Shown piece after piece: positions 38,717 through 48,342 of a stretch of 64,000 bases of DNA. A program made the translations under genes and the position numbers. The notes under the pieces are model-generated. The model was not told where the DNA came from and made no database searches. It saw only the letters and a list, made by a program, of their open reading frames with translations. How positions within the stretch are numbered: position 1 is the first letter of the stretch; every line of letters begins with the position of its first letter. The DNA comes from Clostridia bacterium (GTDB lineage: Bacteria > Bacillota > Clostridia > Christensenellales > UBA3700): contig JAIDRT010000028.1 of assembly GCA_029061605.1 (NCBI GenBank), forward strand, positions 812-64,811, given 5' to 3'.

Positions 38717-40255
38717 ATGGCAAAAAAAGCGCTTATTAGCGTATCTGATAAGACAGGTATTGTAGAATTGGCAAAGAGTTTGATTGACTGCGGTTATGAG
38801 ATTATCTCTACTGGCGGCACGTTGAAGGTACTCAATACGGCAGGCATAAAGGCTGTGGATATATCTTCGGTCACAGGCTTTCCGGAGTGTCTTGACGGCA
38901 GAGTAAAGACTTTGCACCCAAAGGTACACGCAGGACTTTTGGCTATGAGAGACAACAAGGAGCATATGGACTTCCTTACAAGTATGAATATCGACCCGAT
39001 AGATATCGTCGTCGTCAATCTCTATCCTTTTAAAGAGACAGTCAAAAAACCTAATATTGATTTGCAGACGGCAATAGAGAATATTGATATAGGCGGACCT
39101 ACTATGCTTAGAAGCGCCGCAAAGAATTATCAGGACGTAGCGGTTATGGTAGACCCTGTCGACTACGCTAAAGTACTTGAAGAACTTAAGAACGGCGGAA
39201 TTACCAAAGAGACCAAGTTCTATCTTATGTACAAAGTATACCAGCATACCTCATATTACGATACTTTGATTGCCAACTATCTGCGTCAGAAACTCGACAT
39301 TGAGTTCCCAGAGCAGTTTACTATGGCGTTTGACAAGGCTCAGGATATGAGATACGGCGAAAACCCCCATCAAAATGCAGTATTCTACAAAGAGGCTTTT
39401 GACGTGGAGTGTTCGCTTGCAGTAGCTGAGCAGTTGCACGGCAAAGAATTGTCTTACAACAATATCAACGACACCAACGGCGCTTTGGATTTGCTCAGAG
39501 AGTTTTCAGAGCCGACCGTAGTCGCAGTCAAGCACGCAAATCCCTGCGGAGTTGCTACCGCTAAGACTATAAGCGAAGCCTTCTTCAAGGCTAACGCTGC
39601 AGACCCGACTTCCATTTTTGGCGGTATCGTTGCTGCCAACCGTACGATAGATAAGGAGACGGCAGAGCAGATTCACAAGATATTTATAGAGATAGTAGTT
39701 GCTCCTGATTTTACGGACGAGGCGCTTGCTATACTCAAGCAAAAACAAAATATCAGACTTTTGAAGTTGCCTAACATAATGAAGGCAGTGCCAAGCAATT
39801 GCTATGATATGAAGAAAGTTGTCGGCGGTCTTTTGGTGCAGGAGTTTGACAGAATGGTCGTTGACAAAGACAAGTGCAAAGTTGTGACAAAGGCTCAGCC
39901 TACTAAGGCTCAAATCGAGGATATGATTTTTGCAATGACAGTCGTCAAGCATACCAAGTCCAATGCTATCGTAATCGCCAGGGACAAGACTATCTTGGGT
40001 ATCGGCGGCGGACAGGTCAACAGAATCAGAGCGACAAAGCAAGCCATTGCTCACTCGCTGACAGATACGCACGGCGCAGTGCTTGCGTCTGACGCATTCT
40101 TCCCATTTGACGATTGCGTAGAGGCTGCTCACGAAGGCGGTATCGTTGCAATTATGCAACCGGGCGGAAGTATCAAGGACCAACTTTCGATAGACGCTTG
40201 CGATAAGTATGGGATAGCAATGATATTCTCAGGCGATCGCCACTTCAAACATTAA
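38717..40255 (+). CDS. purH: Bifunctional AICAR transformylase / IMP cyclohydrolase PurH
   Basis: Start ATG 38717 with RBS AAAGGAG ([14 protein letters not shown]). Motifs KTLHPKVH and NLYPF. C-terminus ends in RHFKH. Confidence 0.95.
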   Translation: MAKKALISVSDKTGIVELAKSLIDCGYEIISTGGTLKVLNTAGIKAVDISSVTGFPECLDGRVKTLHPKVHAGLLAMRDNKEHMDFLTSMNIDPIDIVVVNLYPFKETVKKPNIDLQTAIENIDIGGPTMLRSAAKNYQDVAVMVDPVDYAKVLEELKNGGITKETKFYLMYKVYQHTSYYDTLIANYLRQKLDIEFPEQFTMAFDKAQDMRYGENPHQNAVFYKEAFDVECSLAVAEQLHGKELSYNNINDTNGALDLLREFSEPTVVAVKHANPCGVATAKTISEAFFKANAADPTSIFGGIVAANRTIDKETAEQIHKIFIEIVVAPDFTDEALAILKQKQNIRLLKLPNIMKAVPSNCYDMKKVVGGLLVQEFDRMVVDKDKCKVVTKAQPTKAQIEDMIFAMTVVKHTKSNAIVIARDKTILGIGGGQVNRIRATKQAIAHSLTDTHGAVLASDAFFPFDDCVEAAHEGGIVAIMQPGGSIKDQLSIDACDKYGIAMIFSGDRHFKH

Positions 40256-40320
40256 ACCTTGTGTATCAGCACACCTTTTGCCCAATGTTTAATAAGCAAT
40301 TTTAACAAAGAGGAGTTTTT

Positions 40321-41577
40321 ATGAACGTATTAGTCATAGGCAGCGGCGGTCGTGAGCATACGATATGCTGGTCGCTTGCAAAGAGTCCAAAAGTGGACAA
40401 AATATACTGTTTGCCCGGCAATGGCGGTATAAGCCAGATTGCCGAGTGCGTACCTATATCCGTAATGGACTTTGACGCAATAATCAACTTTGTGGACAGC
40501 CACAAGGATATTGAGTTGACTGTAGTTGCTCCAGACGACCCATTGGCGGCAGGTCTTGTAGACAGACTTGAGGAGAGAGGTCACAGGGCTTTTGGACCAA
40601 GAGCCAACGCCGCAATAATTGAGGCGAGCAAGGCTTTTTCCAAGTATTTGATGAAAAAATACGATATCCCTACCGCAAAGTATGAAGAATTTGACAATTA
40701 CGATAAGGCGGTGGAGTATCTTGCAAAAGCCAAGTATCCGCTTGTTGTCAAGGCTGACGGACTTGCTCTAGGCAAGGGCGTAATCATCTGCAATACAAAA
40801 GAAGAGGGATTGCAAGCCGCAAAAGAAATGATGATTGACAGCAAGTTCAAAGACGCAGGCAAGAGAGTTATCGTTGAAGAATTTATGGTGGGACAGGAAG
40901 TTTCAATACTTTCATTCTGTGACGGCAAGACTATTATCCCAATGGTCAACGCAAGAGACCACAAGAGAGCGTATGACAACGATCAAGGACTCAATACCGG
41001 CGGTATGGGTACGTTCTCGCCGTCCGCTATCTATACAAAAGACGTCGAAGAAGAAGTAATGAACAAAATCATTCTTCCCACTGTCGACGCTATGAACAAA
41101 GAGGGCAGGACTTTCAAGGGAGTGCTTTACTTTGGACTTATGCTGACTGATGACGGCGCAAAGGTAGTGGAATACAACGCGCGTTTTGGAGACCCTGAGA
41201 CTCAAGTCGTATTGCCAAGACTTAAGACTGACTTGTGCGATATATTCAACGCTGTAGTAGACGGCACGCTTGACAAGATAAATATCGAGTGGTCCGACGA
41301 CGCGTGCGTATGCGTAGTTATGGCTAGCGGCGGTTATCCGGAGAGTTATCAAAAAGGCAAAGAAATCACAATAGGCAATATTGCCGACGATATTTTGATT
41401 TTCCACGCAGGCACGGCAATCAAGGACGGCAAACTCGTTACCAGCGGCGGAAGAGTGCTTGGCGTAACCGCAAAGGGTAAGGATATTCACGAGGCAAGGG
41501 CCAAAGCATATGAGGCTGTGAGTAGGATTCACTTTGATGGGGCGTTCTTCCGTAGTGATATTGGCATAAAGAAGTAA
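40321..41577 (+). CDS. purD: Phosphoribosylamine--glycine ligase PurD
   Basis: 418 aa. N-terminus MNVLVIGSGGREH. ATP-grasp motifs. RBS AGAGGAG. Confidence 0.95.
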   Translation: MNVLVIGSGGREHTICWSLAKSPKVDKIYCLPGNGGISQIAECVPISVMDFDAIINFVDSHKDIELTVVAPDDPLAAGLVDRLEERGHRAFGPRANAAIIEASKAFSKYLMKKYDIPTAKYEEFDNYDKAVEYLAKAKYPLVVKADGLALGKGVIICNTKEEGLQAAKEMMIDSKFKDAGKRVIVEEFMVGQEVSILSFCDGKTIIPMVNARDHKRAYDNDQGLNTGGMGTFSPSAIYTKDVEEEVMNKIILPTVDAMNKEGRTFKGVLYFGLMLTDDGAKVVEYNARFGDPETQVVLPRLKTDLCDIFNAVVDGTLDKINIEWSDDACVCVVMASGGYPESYQKGKEITIGNIADDILIFHAGTAIKDGKLVTSGGRVLGVTAKGKDIHEARAKAYEAVSRIHFDGAFFRSDIGIKK

Positions 41578-41580
41578 CCA

Positions 41581-41710
41581 ACCGACTGCGTATATCGGCG
41601 CGCCTTCCGCCCTACTGCAGGACTCGGGAAGTCGACGTGTACGGCAAGTACACTTGACGACTTCGCCTCGCCTTTGAGCGGACGAAAATCGCACCAATCT
41701 CCGCAGTCGT
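41581..41710 (+). repeat. GC-rich ~130-nt intergenic element, copy 1 (paralog of 49819-49947)
   Basis: Starts 4 nt after the purD stop. Shares GCGTATAT..GCGCGCCTTCCGC, CTCGGG, AGTCGAC, a GTAC-GGYAA-GTAC hairpin and CGGAC.AAAAT...CTCC with copy 2. Confidence 0.7.
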
Positions 41711-41735
41711 AAGTTACATTGAGAAAATATGATAT

Positions 41736-41772
41736 GTCATTTCGACTGAAGCGTAGCGAAATGGAGAAATCT
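41736..41772 (+). repeat. Intergenic hairpin repeat, 37-nt form
   Basis: GTCATTTCGACTGAAGCGTAGCGAAATGGAGAAATCT. Confidence 0.85.
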
Positions 41773-41784
41773 CAATCCGTTGAC

Positions 41785-41821
41785 GTCATTCTGAGCGAAG
41801 TGAAACGTATTCGAAGAATCT
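41785..41821 (+). repeat. Intergenic hairpin repeat, 37-nt form (ATTCT/AGAAT stem variant)
   Basis: GTCATTCTGAGCGAAGTGAAACGTATTCGAAGAATCT. Confidence 0.85.
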
Positions 41822-41867
41822 ATAAATTAAATTGATTATAATACAATAAAAATAAAAGGATAAAGAA

Positions 41868-44800
41868 ATGGTAAAGAGAATTTTCGTAGAGAAAAAAGAT
41901 GGGTACAACGTATCGGCAAAGAAGACTTCTTCCGATATTAAGAACGTGCTTGGCATTGCAGTCGAAGACGTGAGAGAGTTTATCAGATACGATATTGAAA
42001 ATCTTGATGATGCGATTTACGCAAGCGCCAAGACGACGATCTTCAGCGAGGCTCCCGTTGACAACTTGTTTGAACAGATGCCTAATCTTGACGGTTACAG
42101 ACTTTTGGCAGTTGAATATCTTCCGGGTCAGTACGACCAAAGAGCAGACAGCGCAATGCAATGCGTACAGTTGCTCTCTATGTCGCAAAGACCGCTTATC
42201 AAATGCGCAAAACTTTACGCTTTCAAGGGAGTAGACGAAGAGCAGTTTGGCAGAATACGCAAGTATCTTATCAACCCTGTGGAGAGCAGAGAGGGCTCTA
42301 TGCAAATTCCTGATACGTTGCAACAAGACGTTGTTCAAAATCTAACGGTGCCAACTATAGACGGATTTATAGAAATGAGCGACGCTCAAGTGTGCGATTA
42401 TCACAAAAAAGTCGGTTTTGCTATGAGCGAAAAGGATCTTATGTTCGTCCGTGACTATTTTAAGGGCGAGCGCCGCAATCCTACAGAGAGTGAAATCAAG
42501 GTCATTGATACCTATTGGTCGGACCACTGCCGTCATACGACTTTTGCAACAGAACTTACCAAAATTGACGTGGACAGCAACAATCCGCACGTGGGTAAGG
42601 CGCTTGAATTATATAATGATTTATTCCAAGAATTCAATGCTAAGAGAGCGGATAAATATCCCTGTCTTATGGATATTGCAACTATTGCCGTCAAAAAACT
42701 CAAGAAGATGGGCAAACTTGACAATCTCGACGTAAGCGACGAAATCAACGCTTGTTCTGTCGAAGTCGACGTAGACAATGACGGCAAACTTGAAAAGTGG
42801 CTTATTATGTTCAAGAATGAGACGCACAACCATCCGACAGAAATCGAGCCTTTCGGCGGCGCTGCTACCTGTCTTGGCGGAGCGATTAGAGACCCGCTTT
42901 CGGGCAGAACTTACGTATATCAGGCAATGAGAGTCACAGGTTGCGCAGACCCGACAGAAGATATATCTTCAACGTTGAAGGGCAAACTTCCGCAGAGAGT
43001 TATCACAAAGACGGCTGCCGCAGGATACTCGAGTTATGGCAATCAGATAGGCTTGTCAACAGGACTTGTCGCAGAGATGTATCACGAGAATTATAAGGCA
43101 AAGAGGTTGGAGACAGGTTACGTAATTGCAGGCGCTCCCAAAGAGAATGTCGTAAGAAGAAAACCTGTTGAGGGAGATATAATAGTACTTCTCGGCGGAG
43201 AGACTGGCAGAGACGGTTGCGGCGGCGCTACTGGATCGTCTAAGGCGCATACGGAGAAGTCTGTCGAAGTATGCGGCGCAGAAGTTCAAAAGGGTAATCC
43301 GCCTACGGAGAGAAAAATCCAAAGACTTTTCCGCAACAAGGACGTATCTACGCTTATCGTCAAGTGCAACGACTTTGGCGCAGGCGGCGTAAGCGTTGCG
43401 ATAGGCGAACTTGCAGACAGCCTTGACATATTCCTTGACAGAGTGCCAAAGAAGTACGAAGGGTTGAGCGGTACTGAACTTGCAATATCTGAGTCGCAAG
43501 AGAGAATGGCTGTCGTACTTGACAAAAAAGACGTAGACAAGTTCATTGAATACGCCAAGAGCGAAAACCTTGCCGCTACGGCAGTTGCGGAAGTCACCGA
43601 CAATGGCAGAATGAGAATGTTCTACGCAGGCAATTGTATTGTAGATTTGAAGAGATCTTTCCTCGATACCAACGGCGTAAAGCAAATGCAAGACGCTCGT
43701 ATCGTTGAGAAAGCGACGAATTATATGGACAGCGTGGACAAAGAGACGCAAAGACTTTTTGACAAAGGCGAGTTTGCGGAGGCTGTTCAACACGAACTTT
43801 CAAGGCTCAACGTATGTTCGACAAAGGGACTTGGTGAAATGTTTGACGGCACGATTGGCGCGTCAAGCGTGCTTATGCCTTTCGGCGGTAAGTATCAACT
43901 TACTCCCGCGATAGCAATGGCTTGCAAGCCTCCTGTCAGCGGACATACCGACACTGCGACTGTATCGACGTACGGCTGTTCGCCTCAACTTATGAGCGCA
44001 TCTCCGTTTACTGGCGCAATATATTCCATTTTGACGTCGCTGTCCAAGCAAGTTGCTTGCGGAGTGGACGTAAACACCGTCAGACTGTCATTGCAAGAGT
44101 TTTTCAAAAAACTCAATCAGGACAAAGACAGATGGGGACAGCCTTTGGCTGCGCTACTTGGAGCGCTGTATGCGCAGATAGGATTTGGCGTTGGCGCAAT
44201 AGGCGGCAAGGACAGTATGAGCGGCACTTTTGAGCATATAGACGTACCCCCAACGCTCATATCTTTTGCTATGGGTATCGGCAAGGCAAGCAAGATTGTC
44301 ACAAATACCTTTGCCGAGAATATGGGCGCAAAGGATATCTACCGCGTGGCAATACCAAAAGACGAATATTCCATTCCCGACTTTGCCAAGACGTTGCAGT
44401 TGTATGAGGCAATGGGCAAGGCAATGGCAAACGGCAAGATAAAAGCCTGCAATGTGGTTGAAGAGGGCGGCGTTGTCGCAAGCGTGTTCAAGGCTTGTAT
44501 GGGAAATAAACTTGGAACTACTTGGGACGATATATCGCTTGATATGTTTGCGCCTGCATTCGGCGACTTGGTTATACTTTGCGACGACGTAAGTGATCTC
44601 AAAGGCTTTGACGTTGAGAAGGTGGCTACGCTCAATGGCACTTATACTGCAGATCTCTGCGGAAGAGACCTCAAGATGAACGACGCGGCAGTTGCATTTG
44701 AGCGCACGCTTGACAAGGTGTTCCCAACGACGGCTCCTGCAAGCGGAGAAGTAAAGAATCTCATTTGCTGCGCAAGAAAGGTGGACAAGGCTCCAAGAAA

Positions 44801-45605
44801 TATAGTTCAGCCGAGAGTATTTATACCTGTCTTCCCAGGTACTAATTGCGAATATGACACGGCGAGAGCATTTGAGAGAGCAGGGGCAAAAGCAAATATA
44901 CTCATTATTAAAAACCAAACTTCAAAGGATATAGAAGATTCGGCAGAGGCTATTGTCAAGGCGTTGCAGGAGTCGCAAATTCTTGCATTCCCCGGCGGTT
45001 TCAGCGGCGGCGACGAGCCTGACGGCAGCGGTAAGTTTATCGCTACGACTTTCAGAAATCCACGTATCGCAGAGCAGGTTATGAAGTTGCTATATGAGAG
45101 AGACGGATTGGCTTTGGGTATATGCAACGGTTTCCAAGCGCTTGTTAAACTCGGCTTAGTGCCTTACGGCGATATTAGAGAGCAAAAGAGCGACGCTCCG
45201 ACTTTGACTTTCAACAATATCTCAAGACACGTATCTACAATAGTCAACGTGCGCGTGGCAACCAACAAGTCGCCTTGGCTCAGCGGCGTGAAGGTCGATG
45301 ACGTATTTGCCGTACCGGTCAGCCACGGCGAGGGCAGATTTGTCGCAAGCGCGGCAGAACTTGACAAGATAATCAAGGGCGGTCAGGTGGCTACGCAATA
45401 CGTGGATATGACAGGCAACGCAACTATGACTTCGCCGTTCAATCCCAACGGAAGTATGTACGCTATCGAGGGTATAATCTCTCCTGACGGTAGAGTGCTT
45501 GGCAAGATGGGACACGCCGAGAGAATTGACGCCAACCTATATAAGAACGTGGAAGGCAATTACGATATGAAACTCTTTGAAAGCGGAGTGAAGTATTTTA
45601 AGTAA
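41868..45605 (+). CDS. purL: Phosphoribosylformylglycinamidine synthase, single-chain large PurL (PurS/PurL/PurQ domains fused)
   Basis: 1245 aa. Motifs SDHCRHT and NHPTEIEPFGGAATCLGG. C-terminal glutaminase domain with GICNGFQ. Confidence 0.95.
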   Translation: MVKRIFVEKKDGYNVSAKKTSSDIKNVLGIAVEDVREFIRYDIENLDDAIYASAKTTIFSEAPVDNLFEQMPNLDGYRLLAVEYLPGQYDQRADSAMQCVQLLSMSQRPLIKCAKLYAFKGVDEEQFGRIRKYLINPVESREGSMQIPDTLQQDVVQNLTVPTIDGFIEMSDAQVCDYHKKVGFAMSEKDLMFVRDYFKGERRNPTESEIKVIDTYWSDHCRHTTFATELTKIDVDSNNPHVGKALELYNDLFQEFNAKRADKYPCLMDIATIAVKKLKKMGKLDNLDVSDEINACSVEVDVDNDGKLEKWLIMFKNETHNHPTEIEPFGGAATCLGGAIRDPLSGRTYVYQAMRVTGCADPTEDISSTLKGKLPQRVITKTAAAGYSSYGNQIGLSTGLVAEMYHENYKAKRLETGYVIAGAPKENVVRRKPVEGDIIVLLGGETGRDGCGGATGSSKAHTEKSVEVCGAEVQKGNPPTERKIQRLFRNKDVSTLIVKCNDFGAGGVSVAIGELADSLDIFLDRVPKKYEGLSGTELAISESQERMAVVLDKKDVDKFIEYAKSENLAATAVAEVTDNGRMRMFYAGNCIVDLKRSFLDTNGVKQMQDARIVEKATNYMDSVDKETQRLFDKGEFAEAVQHELSRLNVCSTKGLGEMFDGTIGASSVLMPFGGKYQLTPAIAMACKPPVSGHTDTATVSTYGCSPQLMSASPFTGAIYSILTSLSKQVACGVDVNTVRLSLQEFFKKLNQDKDRWGQPLAALLGALYAQIGFGVGAIGGKDSMSGTFEHIDVPPTLISFAMGIGKASKIVTNTFAENMGAKDIYRVAIPKDEYSIPDFAKTLQLYEAMGKAMANGKIKACNVVEEGGVVASVFKACMGNKLGTTWDDISLDMFAPAFGDLVILCDDVSDLKGFDVEKVATLNGTYTADLCGRDLKMNDAAVAFERTLDKVFPTTAPASGEVKNLICCARKVDKAPRNIVQPRVFIPVFPGTNCEYDTARAFERAGAKANILIIKNQTSKDIEDSAEAIVKALQESQILAFPGGFSGGDEPDGSGKFIATTFRNPRIAEQVMKLLYERDGLALGICNGFQALVKLGLVPYGDIREQKSDAPTLTFNNISRHVSTIVNVRVATNKSPWLSGVKVDDVFAVPVSHGEGRFVASAAELDKIIKGGQVATQYVDMTGNATMTSPFNPNGSMYAIEGIISPDGRVLGKMGHAERIDANLYKNVEGNYDMKLFESGVKYFK

Positions 45606-45637
45606 CAGTATATAATTGAGCAAAGAATAGACCAAAT

Positions 45638-45668
45638 GTCATTTCTACCAACGAGGAGAGTAGAATTC
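45638..45668 (+). repeat. Degenerate hairpin-repeat copy, convergent with the next copy
   Basis: GTCATTTCTACCAACGAGGAGAGTAGAATTC. Confidence 0.5.
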
Positions 45669-45672
45669 GATT

Positions 45673-45707
45673 AGATTTCTCCACGCGCTACGCTTGGTCG
45701 AAATGAC
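45673..45707 (-). repeat. Intergenic hairpin repeat, inverted orientation
   Basis: The reverse complement reads GTCATTTCGACCAAGCGTAGCGCGTGGAGAAATCT. Confidence 0.85.
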
Positions 45708-45737
45708 ATTTTGTAATTATAACGGACAAGACCTTAT

Positions 45738-45764
45738 GTCACTTCGAGCGTAGTCGAGAAGTCT
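45738..45764 (+). repeat. Intergenic hairpin repeat, 27-nt short form (ACTTC/GAAGT stem)
   Basis: GTCACTTCGAGCGTAGTCGAGAAGTCT. Confidence 0.8.
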
Positions 45765-45814
45765 AATCCTATTGAATATTGAGGTCTAATCAAATATATA
45801 AAAAGAGGATAGAT

Positions 45815-47728
45815 ATGCCGTTTTTACCAATACACAAAAGCGAAGTTGGAGATCGCCAAGTTGATATCGTCTACGTGATAGGCGAAGCGTACGTAGATCA
45901 TCCGTCTTTCGGACACGCGATCGTGTCTCGGCTTTTGCAATCTCTCGGCATAGACGTGGCAATAATCCCTCAACCGCAGAATGACGCCGACTTTGCTCGC
46001 TTTGGACAACCCAAATACGGCTTTATGGTGTCAAGCGGAGTAGTTGACAGTATGGTCAATAATTATACTGTCGCCAAGATAAGACGGACCCGAGACGTAT
46101 ACAGCGAGGGCGGAGACGTTGGCAAGCGTCCCGACAGATGCGTTGACGTATATTGCAATACGCTGAAGAGATTATATCCTGACGTTCCAATAGTAATCGG
46201 CGGAATTGAGGCGTCTCTTCGCAGATTTGCGCATTACGACTATTGGAAAGATTGCGTTTTGCCAAGTATTTTGCTATCTTCCAAAGCAGACTTACTAATA
46301 TACGGAATGGGCGAAAGACCGCTTAAAGAGATATTCGGTATGGTAAAGAAGGGCGTACCTCTTGACAAAATCAAGGACGTAAGAGGCACGTGTTATCTTT
46401 CAAGTTTTGAAAATCTGTCAGCCAAACTTAAGAAGGGCATTGAAGAGCATACTGTAGTGTTTTCGCCGTCTTTTGAGCAAGTCAAAGCAGACAAGATGCA
46501 ATACGTTCAGGCTTTCAACGTGCAGTATTCCAACAACGACCCATATTACGGCAAGACGTTGTTGCAAAAGCACGGCGACAAATATCTTGTGCAAAATCCT
46601 ATGCAATATCCTTTGAGCGTCAAGGAGATGGACGAGATTTACGACTTGCCGTACGAAAGGACTTATCATCCGAGTTATACGAGGGGAGTGCCTGCGATAG
46701 AAGAGGTCAAGTATTCTTTGACGTCTGTCAGAGGTTGTTTTGGGGCGTGCAACTATTGCGCTATTGCTTTTCATCAAGGGCGGATAGTGCAGAAGCGCAG
46801 CAAGGAGAATATTGTCAAAGAGGCGGAGAGTTTTGTCGCAGACAAAGACTTCAAGGGATATATTCACGACGTGGGCGGACCTACGGCAAACTTCAGAGAT
46901 ACCGCTTGCGAAAAGCAAAAGACTATGGGAGTGTGCAAAGACAAGTCTTGCATAGGCTATAAGCCTTGCCCTGCAATGAAGGTCGACCACCGAGAATACC
47001 TCGATTTGCTCAAGACGTTGAGACAGATTGAGGGAATCAAAAAAGTCTTTATCCGCTCAGGCATACGCTTTGACTATCTTATGTATGACAAAGATCCAGA
47101 ATTTTTGTACGAACTTATCAAGCACCACGTCAGCGGTCAACTCAAAGTTGCTCCCGAGCATATCTCCGACGCAACTTTGCAAGCAATGAACAAGCCGCCA
47201 TTTGACGTCTATCTCAAGTTCAAAGAAAAATATGACGCTATCAATAAAAAACTCGGCAAGAAACAATACCTTGTGCCGTATCTCATATCGTCGCATCCTG
47301 GCTGTACGCTTAAGGACGCTATAAGACTTGCGCAGTATCTCAAGTCAATAGGATATATGCCCGAGCAGGTGCAGGACTTTTATCCCACGCCGTCTACAAA
47401 GTCCACGTGTATGTATTATACAGGTATCAATCCTGACACTATGAAACCGATATACGTCGCCAAGACCAAAAAGGAAAAGACCTATCAAAGGGCTTTGATG
47501 CAATATCGCAAGAAGAGCAATTACGATATTATCGTTGAGGCGCTCAAAGAGGTAGGACGGCAAGACTTAATAGGTTTTGGCGAAGAGTGTCTTGTCAAGC
47601 CGACTAAGGAAGAGGCTATTGCAAAAGCCGATAGAGAACGTCAAAAGAGTAAGAGCGTAGCAAGCCCTCATAATAAAAAGACCTATAATTCAAGCAAACC
47701 AAAATCAAGAGGAGCAAAGCGCAGATGA
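45815..47728 (+). CDS. YgiQ-family radical SAM protein (UPF0313)
   Basis: Start ATG 45815 (MPFLPIHKSEV...). N-terminal YgiQ-type domain (GEAYVDHPSFG). Radical-SAM Cys motif CFGACNYC. Lys-rich C-terminal tail. Confidence 0.85.
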   Translation: MPFLPIHKSEVGDRQVDIVYVIGEAYVDHPSFGHAIVSRLLQSLGIDVAIIPQPQNDADFARFGQPKYGFMVSSGVVDSMVNNYTVAKIRRTRDVYSEGGDVGKRPDRCVDVYCNTLKRLYPDVPIVIGGIEASLRRFAHYDYWKDCVLPSILLSSKADLLIYGMGERPLKEIFGMVKKGVPLDKIKDVRGTCYLSSFENLSAKLKKGIEEHTVVFSPSFEQVKADKMQYVQAFNVQYSNNDPYYGKTLLQKHGDKYLVQNPMQYPLSVKEMDEIYDLPYERTYHPSYTRGVPAIEEVKYSLTSVRGCFGACNYCAIAFHQGRIVQKRSKENIVKEAESFVADKDFKGYIHDVGGPTANFRDTACEKQKTMGVCKDKSCIGYKPCPAMKVDHREYLDLLKTLRQIEGIKKVFIRSGIRFDYLMYDKDPEFLYELIKHHVSGQLKVAPEHISDATLQAMNKPPFDVYLKFKEKYDAINKKLGKKQYLVPYLISSHPGCTLKDAIRLAQYLKSIGYMPEQVQDFYPTPSTKSTCMYYTGINPDTMKPIYVAKTKKEKTYQRALMQYRKKSNYDIIVEALKEVGRQDLIGFGEECLVKPTKEEAIAKADRERQKSKSVASPHNKKTYNSSKPKSRGAKRR

Positions 47729-48339
47729 TAATTACAAATATCACAATGCAGTCAAAGAATATCGACAGAGTCAATCTCTTTGTCGACGGCTCTTTTTATT
47801 CGGGAGTGAGCAGAATAGCGGTTTATAATCACAAATTGGAGATAGGCTTGGAGATAGACCAAGCCACTCTTGACAAAGTCATCTTTGACAGCGACAAGGA
47901 CAAGGCGTTTGATTACGCCCTCACTTATATAAGCAAGTATACCCCCACGTCAAAGATATTGACTAATAAATTGTACGAAAAGGGCTACGGCAAAGCAATC
48001 GTTGAATATACAGTAGAAAAGTGCAAGCATTATGGATATATCAACGATGAAGAATATGCCCGCTCATACGTTGCGCTCAATAGCAATATCAAGGGCAAGA
48101 CAAGACTCAAGATGGAACTTCGTAACAAAGGCGTAGCGGAAGATATAATTGAGAGAGCGTTGTCGCAAATGCCAAAAGGCAATGCGTGCGAGGAACTTGC
48201 AAAAAAGCATAGCAAAAATCAAGACGTTCACGACCCTAAATACAGAGCGAAGTTGATAAGGTTTTTGCAATACAGAGGCTACGAGTGGGAAGATATATCC
48301 CAAGCGCTCGCCACATTGAAAATCGTTGACGAGGATTGA
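47725..48339 (+). CDS. recX: RecA regulator RecX
   Basis: 204 aa. Repeated three-helix RecX pattern (LTNKLYEKGY, MELRNKGVAEDIIERAL, LIRFLQYRGYEWEDI). 4-nt overlap with the upstream gene. Confidence 0.8.
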   Translation: MIITNITMQSKNIDRVNLFVDGSFYSGVSRIAVYNHKLEIGLEIDQATLDKVIFDSDKDKAFDYALTYISKYTPTSKILTNKLYEKGYGKAIVEYTVEKCKHYGYINDEEYARSYVALNSNIKGKTRLKMELRNKGVAEDIIERALSQMPKGNACEELAKKHSKNQDVHDPKYRAKLIRFLQYRGYEWEDISQALATLKIVDED

Positions 48340-48342
48340 GGT

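Noticed and set aside
38660-44918. A series of long minus-strand ORFs (38660-39247, 39506-40183, 40912-41697, 41820-42338, 43056-43793, 44154-44918) opposite purH, purD and purL.
   Set aside because: They are shadow ORFs antisense to highly conserved purine genes. They have no recognisable motifs or RBSs and reflect stop-codon depletion on the opposite strand.
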